A stretch of DNA of 64,000 nucleotides. Origin: Marsupella aquatica (Eukaryota; Plantae; Marchantiophyta). This document shows, piece by piece, positions 25,701-37,700 of this stretch (its first letter is position 1; the number at the start of each line of letters is the position of its first letter). The notes beneath the pieces were generated by a model. The model was not told the DNA's origin. It did not search any database and saw nothing but the letters and a program-made list of their open reading frames with translations. The stretch lies in the NCBI GenBank assembly GCA_973895155.1, contig OZ316896.1:17968754-18032753 (forward strand), in the 5' to 3' direction. The translations under genes and the position numbers were made by a program.

Positions 25701-28265
25701 GTGAAGCTTTTAGTAGATCAAAGCCACTTTTTGGGAGGTTTGAGAGAGATCTGCACAAGACATAACTACCGTAGTGAGAATGACAAACAACAAAACTGAG
25801 CCAAATTGAGCCAAAATAAACAAGAGGAAGAAATTGCACAAATGAACGAACCATGAGAAAACTTCACGATGGTTTCTTCTATCTCTCTGTCTTGTGTCAG
25901 GAGGGAGGACAGCGGCTTACACGTTAATGACATAGTATGTCGATCGCAAAAACCCCTCCTGCACGATACACTGCGCCACAGAGCTCCGGTCTGAATAGCA
26001 CGGTTGTCGAATAGGTTGGAAAGTTGGAGATTCCAAACTACAATCGAGCCAGTCATGGGGTACTGGGGTGCAAGGATCTCCTTGCCAGTCAGTCAAATTG
26101 AAGCTTCCTTTCAGAGCTGTGATAGCTTCGTCTGTGTACAACAGATGCAAATTAATACTCATGCGCTGAACAGATATCCTCCTCCTTTCCAGATTTGCAC
26201 ACAAAAGTAAGCCCAATTATGCTGAATATCAACCGCATTTTTGTCCGACAGAGTAACACAAAGAGTGAATGATATGACTAGTGAGCGACTCAATCTTACC
26301 GTCAGCTTGACTTGTTTTGGAGAAGTTGAAGTTGAATTGAATATAACACTCGACAGCGTTCAAGCTTGGGCCGTCTGCGAGCCTCGCCCCCGACTCCAGA
26401 CTGACTCTAAAGTTTATAAAGTTCGATGAGAGAATATAGTTTGGAGTCGTGAGCATGCTGGCCTGATTAGAGAAATTCCATGCGGGGCCTTGCTGCCCGT
26501 CCAGAGAGACATTCAAGTGATATATTTGTGCATCGGATGCATTCAGATGTTCAGTGTAAAAACTAAAAAATGCGTACGCTCCTGGAGGCAAGGACACCTG
26601 TGGATCGTCGTGGAAAAGTGTGGCGGTGACCCCGTCCAATGGATAGGAAAACAGCCAGCCGTCTCGCATTACTTTTGGCGGGACGTAGTAAACTTCTGGT
26701 CTGATCGACTGGTCTGGTGCAGCTGACTTAGTAATGTTTGGCAAGGTGTTATAATCTACGTAATTAAGGGTCTCCCAGTATCGATCGTATTTATCGTCAG
26801 GGTACCTGATCACATTTTCTCATGAATTAGTAAGGAAAGAAAAAGACAAAGGAAACGAAGGAAATGGAACAACAATGTAGAGTACTCTGCCTTCTCGAGA
26901 GCTATTCGAGATTCAAGCTTAAGAAAGACCTTTCTGGGTGTTCTACAGTCACCGTATGTTTTCATTTTCAGCCTGGACTCTGGTGGTACTTCAAAGTTGT
27001 ATCGATTAGAATCTATTTGAATGATACTAATCAGCGAAACGTCCCTCTCGTCTGTGCTTGATGCCTGAATCGTATGCTGGACCAGACAATCCTAATCGTA
27101 AATTGAAATCAAATAAAGTATATAGGCATCTTGTTCTTGTTCGAGCGGACCTGAACCAAACTCGATTGTAGCTAATCAATACCTTCTAAGATTCTATAAG
27201 TTCACAACGAAGAGTGTAACTATCGATCATCCGACTGTCAGTTACAGAATCTTACCTCACCGAAGGAGTAGTAAGGCTAGCTCCAAGATTGTATCTAAAC
27301 AGGAGGGGGAGAAATTGCAATGTACTCCCGCTGTACCGGTACATATTCGGTTCAAGTTGTCGTAGTTCCAAGGACGAGATGAAGGGGATGCCAAGCACTG
27401 GTTGCAAGCAGACGTACATTATGGCTCCTGGAGAGTAGAAGATGCTCTCTCGCATAACAAGGAGATCAGGTAGTAAATTGGCCCCGTCTCCCAAAGAAAA
27501 CCACATCGTAGCATTGATGGAGACCATGAATAGGAAGGGCTTTCTGTCATTAAGCACTGTCTCGTTCATGTAGAATCTTACACGAACCAGGTAAGTAACG
27601 TTGGGAGTCGTGAGCAGCTCGTAGCAATATTTGTTGCGGCCCTCTGGAAAGTATCTAAAACTTTTCAAGGACGCGAGCTCGCTTACATCTCCCCGAACAG
27701 AGGGCATCGAAAAGCTTCTCCCTGATTTTATGTACGTTCCATCGTCGGTGACCCAATGCAAGGGCGGGTGCAAGGGAAGACTATCATTGTAATTGCCTTG
27801 AGTACTCCCGCAATCGATGCTGAGGAATCCTGCAAATTCAATTGAGACAAATGACTCTAGATTTCAATGCTTGCGGGCCCTTTCAATATATGTATCAGGC
27901 TCAAGAAAGAGCAAGTACTGTACACCTGGGCCTCCTTACTAGCACAAGAAAACGTAATCCCTAAACTTCCTTCTCACGAATTGAGCAATCCAAATATGAT
28001 TCAATGCATGAATACTGCAGCGTCATTACGAACTGAGGAGTACTTTTCAGATGTCTGTGATCCGATAAGTAATTCACCTCGATGAATACGATTTTAATCA
28101 TCCACAACTTAATCCCGGCAACGAAATGAAAGGCGAACCTGTTTGTGCATACGACGGCGTCGGCACGTTCATACAAATCGCAATGAAAAATAGTGCAGCC
28201 GCAACAGGGCCCTTGGATAAGATCATTTTTCTGCAAAAGCTCCCTCCTGTAATTGAGCCAGCCAT
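18930..28265 (-). CDS. Malectin-like/LRR receptor-like Ser/Thr kinase, copy 1 (17 exons)
   Basis: ATG at 28265 with signal-peptide exon 28265-28139 spliced to GFLSIDCG (27829-27256). Then [11 protein letters not shown] (26805-26300), WQGDPC (26131-25921), six LRR exons 25750-23098, LGGNPYC cap ~22793-22708 and TM exon ~22391-22251. Kinase exons 21897-18930 carry [21 protein letters not shown] and GYFSPEY. Confidence 0.93.
19677..19716. repeat. (TC)20 microsatellite in the last intron of RLK copy 1
   Basis: Directly visible; absent from the equivalent intron of copy 2. Confidence 0.97.
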
Positions 28266-28326
28266 GGAGTTCGCTCGACACGATCTGGTGTGATTTTTCC
28301 CGAATGCAAAATAAAATCTGGGAATA

Positions 28327-29640
28327 TCATGCTAGTGCTGTTCGTTCCATTTCCAGTGGATCCATCGCCTTCGGAACCTTCAGTTCGTCGATCTCATAGC
28401 TCCTCAGCTCACTCGCGGCAGCACTGGGCCCAATTGTGAACTTCCAATGACTCCCAGTCAAATCTTTCCGCCATCCACTAACCCCTTCATTGGGATCAAT
28501 GGAAATACCCCTCAGGCTGAGAGCTGGGCTGCGTGCGCAGAGGATCTCCAAGTACTCAGTGCGACCTTCGATGCAACGCACATTCCAATGCTCAACAAGA
28601 TTCAAAACCATATCCATGCACCCCATTCGCAACTTTACAGTCGTGGAGTCTAGGCCACATGGCCTGGAAGTATCCCTTGATGTAAATCATTCTGTGGGCC
28701 CATCGGAAGGGATCACGTGCGATCAGGATTTAGCTGCAGATTGCTCCTCGATGACTCCACTTCTGCTCCCCTGTCTGCTCTCATGTTTGGATCCACTGAA
28801 CAATAGACTAGAACGGAGTCAATAAATTGACATAATACTCAAAGACTAGAAGTATTGCACTCACAGGCATTTCAGTTGTGACACTTCCCAGTCCCGGGCC
28901 GGAGACTGATTTACTAACCACACGGATTCCAAAAGCGTCAAGATTGGAATAACTTTTGTGCATCCTAGTTAGTGTAGACTGCCTGCTCCTCGATAAGCCT
29001 GCTCTGCCGTCATCTGCAAGGTCCACTGTAGATCAACTTTTCACCAGATCTTTTCGATGTTGCCGTATTCGCCAAGATATTCCAGAGTATTTGCAACACT
29101 TGTGGACCCGGGTGTAGACCTGCAAGCTTAAGGGCGATCCAGATTCCAGATTCGAAAAGTGCCAGCCAAGTTCTTTTCTTTCGATTTCAATTTAGCACTG
29201 TGTATCTTCGTGACCAGACCTGCCCATCGCCATGTCGTTCTTCTCGAAGTTAAGTTTCAAACAAAGTCAATTTCATAATATCTGTGAACTGGCAAACGGG
29301 TGGTTGAGGTAATCCGCGGACTCCAGTTCTGCACTTTCGCTCCCTTATGTCGCGGAAGTGTCCACAGAAGTGAAGTTCGCAGAAACACTTCAACGATTCT
29401 TTCAGTTGTTGCTACAATTTCATATGTGAAACAAAGGATTGGCAGAGAGCTTGCCTTCCCAGGTTGCTACCCACAATCCCCACCTGCTTGGATGTTTCTT
29501 ATGTGAAGGTAGACTCTAGTGATTGTGATGGATGGCCCCAAAGGAGTGGAAAGTTGATCCAAACGCTGCTTGTCAGCAAAGAAGCATCCTGGAAAGCATT
29601 GTCGGAAGCATATTCATAATTATTCTGGAAGTCAACCTGC
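28327..29640 (-). pseudogene. Decayed gene of unknown family directly upstream of RLK copy 1
   Basis: Acceptor near 29637 followed by a protein-like frame with stops and frameshifts, plus an intron-like break near 28790-28864. Homologous to 41259-42450. Confidence 0.55.
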
Positions 29641-30225
29641 TACTTTACTCTCACGACAATACCTCGTAGTATTAGCTATATTTTTTTTCCACCAAAGCAA
29701 ATTAGAGGGCGGAGACATATGATTGATTGACCCCATTGGTGAAGAACCTGTAGTGATGGCCCCAACGTTTCCCCAAGATTTCAATAGGGAGTCCATTTCA
29801 ATACTGAGTCTCAAAGTCTGGGGTTAACAAGATAAGAGCAATCTCACCCGTCAAAGAGATGGGTCTGCCACCCAAATCCAGTGTCATCCTTAAATTACCC
29901 GGATTTCCTACCCCACCGTACCCCGCCATCAACACCGATATTTTTTAGGCCCGCCAGAATTGGACCCCAGCGTGCCAATTTTGGCTCAACAAGTGGGCGC
30001 CATCCTGGCCGGTTCTGCCTCGGTATTCAAAATTGACGGTCACTATTTGCGCCCGTGGAGTAGATCGATGCACATTGTTCATTCATATATTCTTCCTTTC
30101 CTCCGTTCATTCTACGTGTTGTTCGTGTACAATGTTATGTTCTGTGTGTTTGTGACTTTCCCTATTTGCCCAGTTGCAGTGGTTGGGTGGGACACACATC
30201 CGCAGTAGTTGCTAGATCGACAGCC

Positions 30226-30568
30226 TATTGAGCATAGACGACATTCGTAACAGCAAGCCCATGAACCATCCAACGCACAATAGTCGACACAGAGAGATAC
30301 GTGGTTCACCTCCACATGAGGCTACATCCACGGGAACACACAAGAGCTTTACTACACTCTAGACCGACTGTTCATACCAAGCATCCACAGCACAAGCTCT
30401 CCTATCTCTCAACTAGCTCCGTAACAATGAGCCTAAGTTCCACTAGGGTTTGGCATCAGCCCTGGCTATATACACAACAACACTACCGCTAACATTAGCT
30501 AAGTCCTAACCCGAGTTAGACTAACTGTGGTTAGCTCATGAGTCACAAGACTAGAACAATATCTAACA
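30226..30568. mobile_element. Solo LTR related to 8475-8895 (343 bp)
   Basis: Termini TATTG (mutated TGTTG) and TAACA; near-TSD CAGCC/CAGTC. The first ~210 bp align with the 8475 LTR (GCAAGCCCATGAACCATCCAACGCACAATAGTCGACAC). Confidence 0.85.
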
Positions 30569-31254
30569 CAGTCCAACCTTCACCAGGCCCTGGAAACAAC
30601 CCCAATACAGGCCCGCAAATGGTGCAACCCATGGGGATGCCCTGAGGCTCTCCCATGAAAGTTGTGGGAGCCCATCTTCAACTATCCTAAGGAAAGCCCG
30701 TGGGCTCAACATTTAGTCTCTAACTTTCTTGCAACTTTAAACAGAAATCCCCAAATCCAGGACTCCGGAACTCCGGAAAGCAGCAACTAAAGGCACGTGG
30801 GCTTTGCGCCTGGCGTGGTGATGGCTTCTATTTGAGGTGGTGACTGATCAAGATGGTCCAGGAGGAATAAAGGATTTTAGGCTATGAGATAGCTGAGGTA
30901 CAGTCGTAACTCCTGGCTACCTTATGGGGCTGGTCAATGCTACCTCCCCCCATTTTTTAAATTCCATAATTAAGTCCCATAGCCAGAGTTATGGGATATA
31001 CCACAAATCTGCAACTGTCACTAATGACCCAACTTTACAACGCAATAATAGGGCACTAATAGGGCTTAACTCTCTTAGTTTTGGCTCCATCACATTCAGA
31101 CATTTTCCCCAAAGTAAAGTAGTGGACCCCATCCCAAATTACATAAGTTGAGTTCTTGTGTACTGCCGTATGGTGAAGTTTACCATTTCAGCTTTACCAT
31201 GTCCCACAAGACAATAGAATAGTAGAGTTCACAAGGTTGATCACCTTATGCAGG

Positions 31255-31325
31255 AAGAGAAGATCTCCACTGACATTGTTTACAAAGGAAATGGTTGTAA
31301 ACAATGTCAGTCGAGATCTTCTCTT
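31255..31325. repeat. Near-perfect inverted repeat (31-bp arms, 1 mismatch, 9-nt loop)
   Basis: AAGAGAAGATCTCCACTGACATTGTTTACAA-aggaaatgg-TTGTAAACAATGTCAGTCGAGATCTTCTCTT. Confidence 0.92.
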
Positions 31326-31735
31326 TCAAGTTCTCCTCAGTATTTTCTTTACAAAATTTAAGGTTTAATTGATTTAGTTGAGAATCATTACCTAAGGCAA
31401 GTGAGTATCTATACCTTGCATACAAAACTCTTCAGTACTTTGGTACCATCAACTTGTACTTTTCTTGGTCATTGTGTGAAATACTAGCTCAATAGCTATG
31501 CATTGCACAGAAGGTGTCGTTACATAAATTATATCATTGCAAGCGTAGAAGCTATCATTGCATAAAATATGTTTGTGGGTAAAAGATTTCTTTGAAAAAA
31601 AATGTGTTGTTACAAAAGAAATAAATCAAGGAGGAAGTTAGGCATTGAGGAAAAGACCCAGAAAAGAAGTGTCATACATGGAGGAAAGGTGAAGACATCT
31701 GTGTGGCGATGGCCTGGTCAGGCATGTTATGGGAC

Positions 31736-34700
31736 CTATCGCCCATTGACTGCACTGAGCTCAATTGAAGGCTCCGTTCTACTTGCAGTACCGGTAAAAT
31801 TGCTAGATGAGGATAGAGAGCTGAGACTAAGCGGTTTGTTCATAGTGGAATCGTTTGCAAGCCTTTGCAGAGCTTGATAGTCGATATCACTACTAATGCT
31901 TACCAAGAGGTCCTCAAAATTGGATTCCATGCTTTTGGACTCACCCAGAAAGCCTTCAACATCCACTTTTCCAGATAACAAGGTCACCACTTGAGACATT
32001 GATGGCCGCCTTTCTGCATGATGTTGAACGCACAGCAGAGAAATATTGATGCTGCGAATGACTTCAGAGGGAACACAACTACCTCTCAAGTCAGGTTCTA
32101 ATATATCAAGCAACAACCCTTCTCTTATTACTGCACAAGCCTGCCATCAAGGTTTAGAGACGATGTCAAGGATTAGCAGTCACTCTACATAATTGACATT
32201 TTGGACCAAGTACATCAAGACTGCCAAGCAAATCAAGACCAACTCAAACCAAGTGCAAGAGTTATGAAAAAAACCTAGTAGGGACTAAGTTGGCCACTAA
32301 GTGGCTGCCTAATAAAAATCATCTTGATACTCTCCGGGATACTCTGAAAGTCTTGGATCCAAGGAGGGTGGAAAGGGCATACCCAATTTTTCAAAAGCTT
32401 TTGATCTGGTGGTAGTGAGGAATCAATACATTTTCGCCCACTAATAATCTCCAAAACTACAATCCCATAACTGTAAACATCTGCCTTATTTGACAGCTGA
32501 CCACGGGTAGCGTATTCAGGAGAAAAATAGCCCCTGCAACCAATTGCCAAGAATTAAGTAAGCACAATGGGTACATTTTCTGGAATTGTGAAATAGTGAA
32601 TTTGTTTGAGAACTTAAGCTCTATGAAATTATATTAAGAAGAGACTTACATCCACAACCTAATCGCCTTTCTAACAATTAATCTATTTTGAAGATGAAGT
32701 CTAAAAGAGTTTTGGGGATTTTAAAAGTAACTTACAAAGTCCCTGCAACCTCAGTTTGTACAGATTGGTTTACTTCATCTGATAAATGTAGAGCCAGCCC
32801 AAAGTCAGCAATTTTTGGTTGGAAATTTGTATCAAGAAGAATGTTTGCTGGTTTTATGTCCCTATGTAAAATAGCTGGTTGTAGCTCTTCGTGAAGGTAG
32901 GCAAGCCCACGAGCAACTCCCAAACAAATATTGTAGCGCTGATCCCAATTCAGACTTCCATGATCCTTGGATCCTGTAAACATAAAGAATAGTATGTGTT
33001 AATATGGGGTGTGCATAAACCATAGAAGACATGTAGATAAACAACCACTGACCATGATCCAACTTTGCATCAAGATTCAAAGACCTGCTGGAAGTTGTTC
33101 AAGCTCCGGTCAGAGGAAAATATATTAATTTTAGATAGGCCATTAGTTCAGTGCATGATTGACTGCCGATAATCAATTCATATGACACGTCCACAAAAGT
33201 AAGCATCTCAACCCCTTATAACGGAATTTGACCATAAAGTTTACTACAAGATTAATAAGAGATGTACGATGCATAAAATAGAATCTTGACAAACACCTTG
33301 TTAGATTGCCTCATACAAATTGAAGAATAATGTGGGACTAGGCACGTATGTCCATTATAAGATGTAAACAATCCTGGACAATAAATTAAACACTATAATA
33401 AGTGAATTGATAAGGAAATAGGAAATTTACCCCACAATGCTTCAGCCAAGTTTCCTTTCTCAGCATACTCATAGACAAGCATGCGTTGCTTATCCTTGAT
33501 GCAGCACCCCTTAAGCTGAACCAGGTTCCTATGTTTAATGCCTGTGATGAGAACCACCTCATTCAAAAACTCATCAAGGAGTTGTTGTCTCCGAGAAATA
33601 AAAAGTTTCTTCACTGCAAGCATTGTGCTATCTGCTAGAACTGCCTGGTCACACCCACCCACCACGTACAGGTTACATCAATGATGAGCACAAGCAATTA
33701 TATCATTTATCTATTTTCCCAGGAGGAAGTACTTGTATGACATCAACAAACTAATATTGAATCTTATCCAGGTCTGTCCCAGATTGAACAAGAACTAGCC
33801 TGAATATATACCAGTAGGTCTGCACAGGAAAGGCTCTCTCTATATATACCCAGACTCCCCATGACCTTCACTATTCACAAGCCTAGTCTAAACATCCTAA
33901 ATATTCTGTTATTAGACTGAGAAATTAGGGGCCTATGGCTTCAATTGACAGAGTAGGCCATGAATGATCATGAATTATTCGAGGAATTCTTAATAGTATA
34001 AATTGCATTTGGTCGATCAATGACATTGAGTATACCTGAATTGAGGACTTGAAAATTAATGATTACAATGTTTCCAAAACTGATAGGAAAACCTTCCTCA
34101 TATTTTGTTTATTATTGTTGATGATATAATATCCAGCTACTTCCTCTCCTCGATCCCTATTAAAATATCAAGTTGCAGCTCAAGTGAGATCTTACCTTAT
34201 AAACAACACCAAAGCTACCATGTCCCAGCTTACTATCGTCGTGAAAATCTCTTGTTGCCATTTTAAGGTCACTATATTGATAAAATGGAGGTTGAACTTT
34301 TCGATCCGCCAAAGCTACAGATATAGTACCACAGATAATTACGATACAAGATGAGGATTCATAATTAAAGTGGACAATTCTTACACATTTGGCAACACAT
34401 GCTCATATGTGTGGACAGTTACATACTTACGTACAATGTTGACCATAATCAGTATTATACATGTTCACCATAATTAGTGCTATACAAGAATTAACCTTAG
34501 TATAAAATAGAAGAATTAGCGTTATTACAAAATTAGTGTTACTAATACTAATAATGCTAATTAGTGAATTGCTAATTAGTGAATTTGAGTTCAAATAACA
34601 CTAATTTTTGTCAAGTTCACAGTTGTTTAAATTGCTAGTAAAAATGGATGATCTTGAGTTCAAAGTAATACTTATTCTTGTGAACTTTTTGAAATAGGTT

Positions 34701-37700
34701 TTTTACTCTATTTTTTCACTCTTGAGACCCAAGTAACACTAATTCATGTGCTCAGTAATAGTGTTTGCACAAATTAGTGCGAGTAGACCATGAAAATTGG
34801 TGCTCTTGAATTAGTGTTAGTCATACTAATTAGGGTGAACAGTGTAGATGGTCCACATACCCTTTCGGCATTCAGAAATGTGAGCATTCATACAAAGAAA
34901 TTAAAGGTAGTAACACTGATGTTTCATGACATATGCCCACATGGCTTGTCAAATCTTGTGGTCAATATATGTGAGCATTGTTTTCTACTGGTGTTTGTTC
35001 ATTTAAGAAAAAAAACATTCTAGTAAAAAGTAACTGAAGTTCTAATCCAAACAATATGTGGAGATATGTTAGATATATATTAGGTCCTTAAATATATATT
35101 ATGCCAATCATTGGCTTCTTAAGAATGATCTTGAAATTACCTTGTTGGATTGCACGTAGGGAAAACACTTGTTTCCATAAGTTCCACAAGGTCATAAAAA
35201 TAACTAAAAGAACAACCACAGCAGCTGCTCCTCCGCAGATGCTAAGAATGATTACTAGACTCCTGTGCTTTTTATGATTATCTGCTGCTCCACAAAAGAA
35301 ACCAAAGGTTAGTTTGACACACATTCTAAAACATCATCTATATCAAAATTCATCCATCAAGATCGTCAGACTGGAAATAATTCATATTGCCATGGAGAGG
35401 GCATTGACAAGTTTAATCGTACCTTTAATTTCTTTAGGATGTTCCAGTATCAAGACGAATCCCAAGAAGATTTCCTTTATTTATTTAGTTTTTATAAATT
35501 GAAGGAAAAATCTGTGAAACCCCACAGTTCAAAGTGAACTGTACCACAACCCTTGAACCCAAGATCTATTGGTCTACACTGAACTGTCAATCACAACCCT
35601 TGAACCCAAGATCTATTGGTCTACACTCAAGTGATCTATCGCACAACCATGCCTCTCGACCCCAAGAAGGTTTCTTAATTCATTTCTCGGAGCTATCTTA
35701 GTGTCAAAGAATTTAAGCATTCTAACCTTGAATGATTTCATTTAGTGCAGATCTGCAAAGGTACCGTTGAATATAGGACGAGGCTCCCTTACAATATGGG
35801 TTTCCACCAAGCCTGTCAATAGGATTCCACAGTTGACAGTTTCTGTGAGTAGTCGAAGCACACCTGCACTAACCTCCTGGAAAGGAAACATATCGTTTGG
35901 CGTAATAATAGTCCGAACATATCTCCCTCTCTTGAACCGTATGAATAAAATAATGTGCAGACAGAAAGGAGAATATATAGGAATAGAATAAAGTTGCTCT
36001 ATTCAAGCCACCTTGGCCGGGGAAGCTGGCTCTATACAACTCACCTTGGCCAGGGAAGCTTACTTACAAAATTCCTGCAGATTGTTGGCTTTCTAGTAGG
36101 CTTTGAGTAGCTGCATCAAAGCCTTGAACGTCTGGAACTATATTGGTGATGTTGTTATTCACAAATGAAAACACCTGATGAGTCGCCCCAGCTGCAACTT
36201 TCACGTTTCCTGAGGCAGCATCCTTCAATGCGTCGTACCATATGGTCAAGTTTAAGGTACCTTGAATTCCGTTTTGTGCAAAGTTTCTGTGCATCAATAA
36301 TCAGTCCAAATTTGAAGCAAGTTAGCTATTCACTAACCATACAAATGTAATTGCTCCTAAGTAAATAGACACTCATGATTTTGAGCGCAAAGTTCTTAGT
36401 ACTGTCCTCGGTTTCCAATCAACGATCAGAGCCTGAAATTAATTCCCTTGAGGTTGAGGTATATGCTGAACAGCTCAACGTCATTTCTGTAGGAGAGCAT
36501 TTTTCACCATGCCATGCCTATCACTGACTCCCTTCCAACATCCAAGCTGACATCAATTTTACCTTCGTATCTTACTTAAGTCCACAAGTGGTGAAGTAAA
36601 CGAAATCGCATGAATATATAACTACTGTCACTTTTATCTGATATAATCCACAACTGGACCAATCTCCTCCAGCTCATGAAATGTGCTTAAGTTTTAAGTT
36701 CGACATCCATACAACATTCGAACTACACAGATTACTTGGTCAATCTTATCTCCAAAATCATTTCAATCAAATTGGCAGGAAGGACTTACGCAACAGTGAG
36801 CTTTGAAAGACTTGAAAAGTATAAAGAGCTCGCGAATGTCCCGATAAAATTGTTACCAGAAACATCTCTGCAAGATAGAGAATAGACGTAGACATCAGTC
36901 AGTCTATGTATCGCGCTATACAATATTTTTACAGTGGTTAACATGAGCAGCCCGGAAAAGTGGTCAGCTATAATGGTGTTGACGCTGATAAGTACAAAGA
37001 ACTGAGTTAAGATTTCCGTTTGTTAGGAAGTAGAGGTTTTATGACAATTACGTCCAGACGTAGAAACTTTGTAATATTGGACTCAATTAATCTTTGCTAC
37101 GAATCAAGAACTTTCATTGTAATATTGGACTCAATTAATCAATGCCTCCAAAGACCATAATTAGCCGGGTAACAAACACTGTTCTGCTGAACAGTATTTG
37201 TGCTTATCATCATCAAATATATGAGTAGAATTCATCACTTGCAGCAAAGAGGGTTAGGTTGGTATATTCGGAGAAAATGTTGATTTCAATTCAATTCCTC
37301 CAATATATTTCTCCAATTCAACGTTCAATATTCGCCTCAATGTCTGAAAGAAAACTTGCAGCTGCAGCATGAGAGCTATGAAGAGAAAGCTCCACTCACA
37401 ACTCTTGTAGAGACCCAGAGTTCATTCGTAACATCTGGTCCAAGGAAGAAATATCACCCTGAAGCTGGTTGTGAGACAGGTCTAAAATCACCAAGCTGTT
37501 CGCTGTGTTTTTCCAAGCGGGTGGAAGAGAGGCTATGGCATTGTTTCTGAGGTTCCTGCCAAGACAATCGAAAATCAAGCATAACAGAGAGAAATAGCTT
37601 TGGAGTACACATATAGTCACAGTACCAAGGGCAGAGGATTCATGAGTCAATCAAACGTCCACAAGACCGATTTCCTACAAAATTTAGAACCGCAGAAAGA

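Noticed and set aside
27926-28026. Alternative first coding exon for RLK copy 1
   Set aside because: The frame required to join GFLSIDCG contains a stop; exon 28265-28139 fits and is conserved in copy 2.
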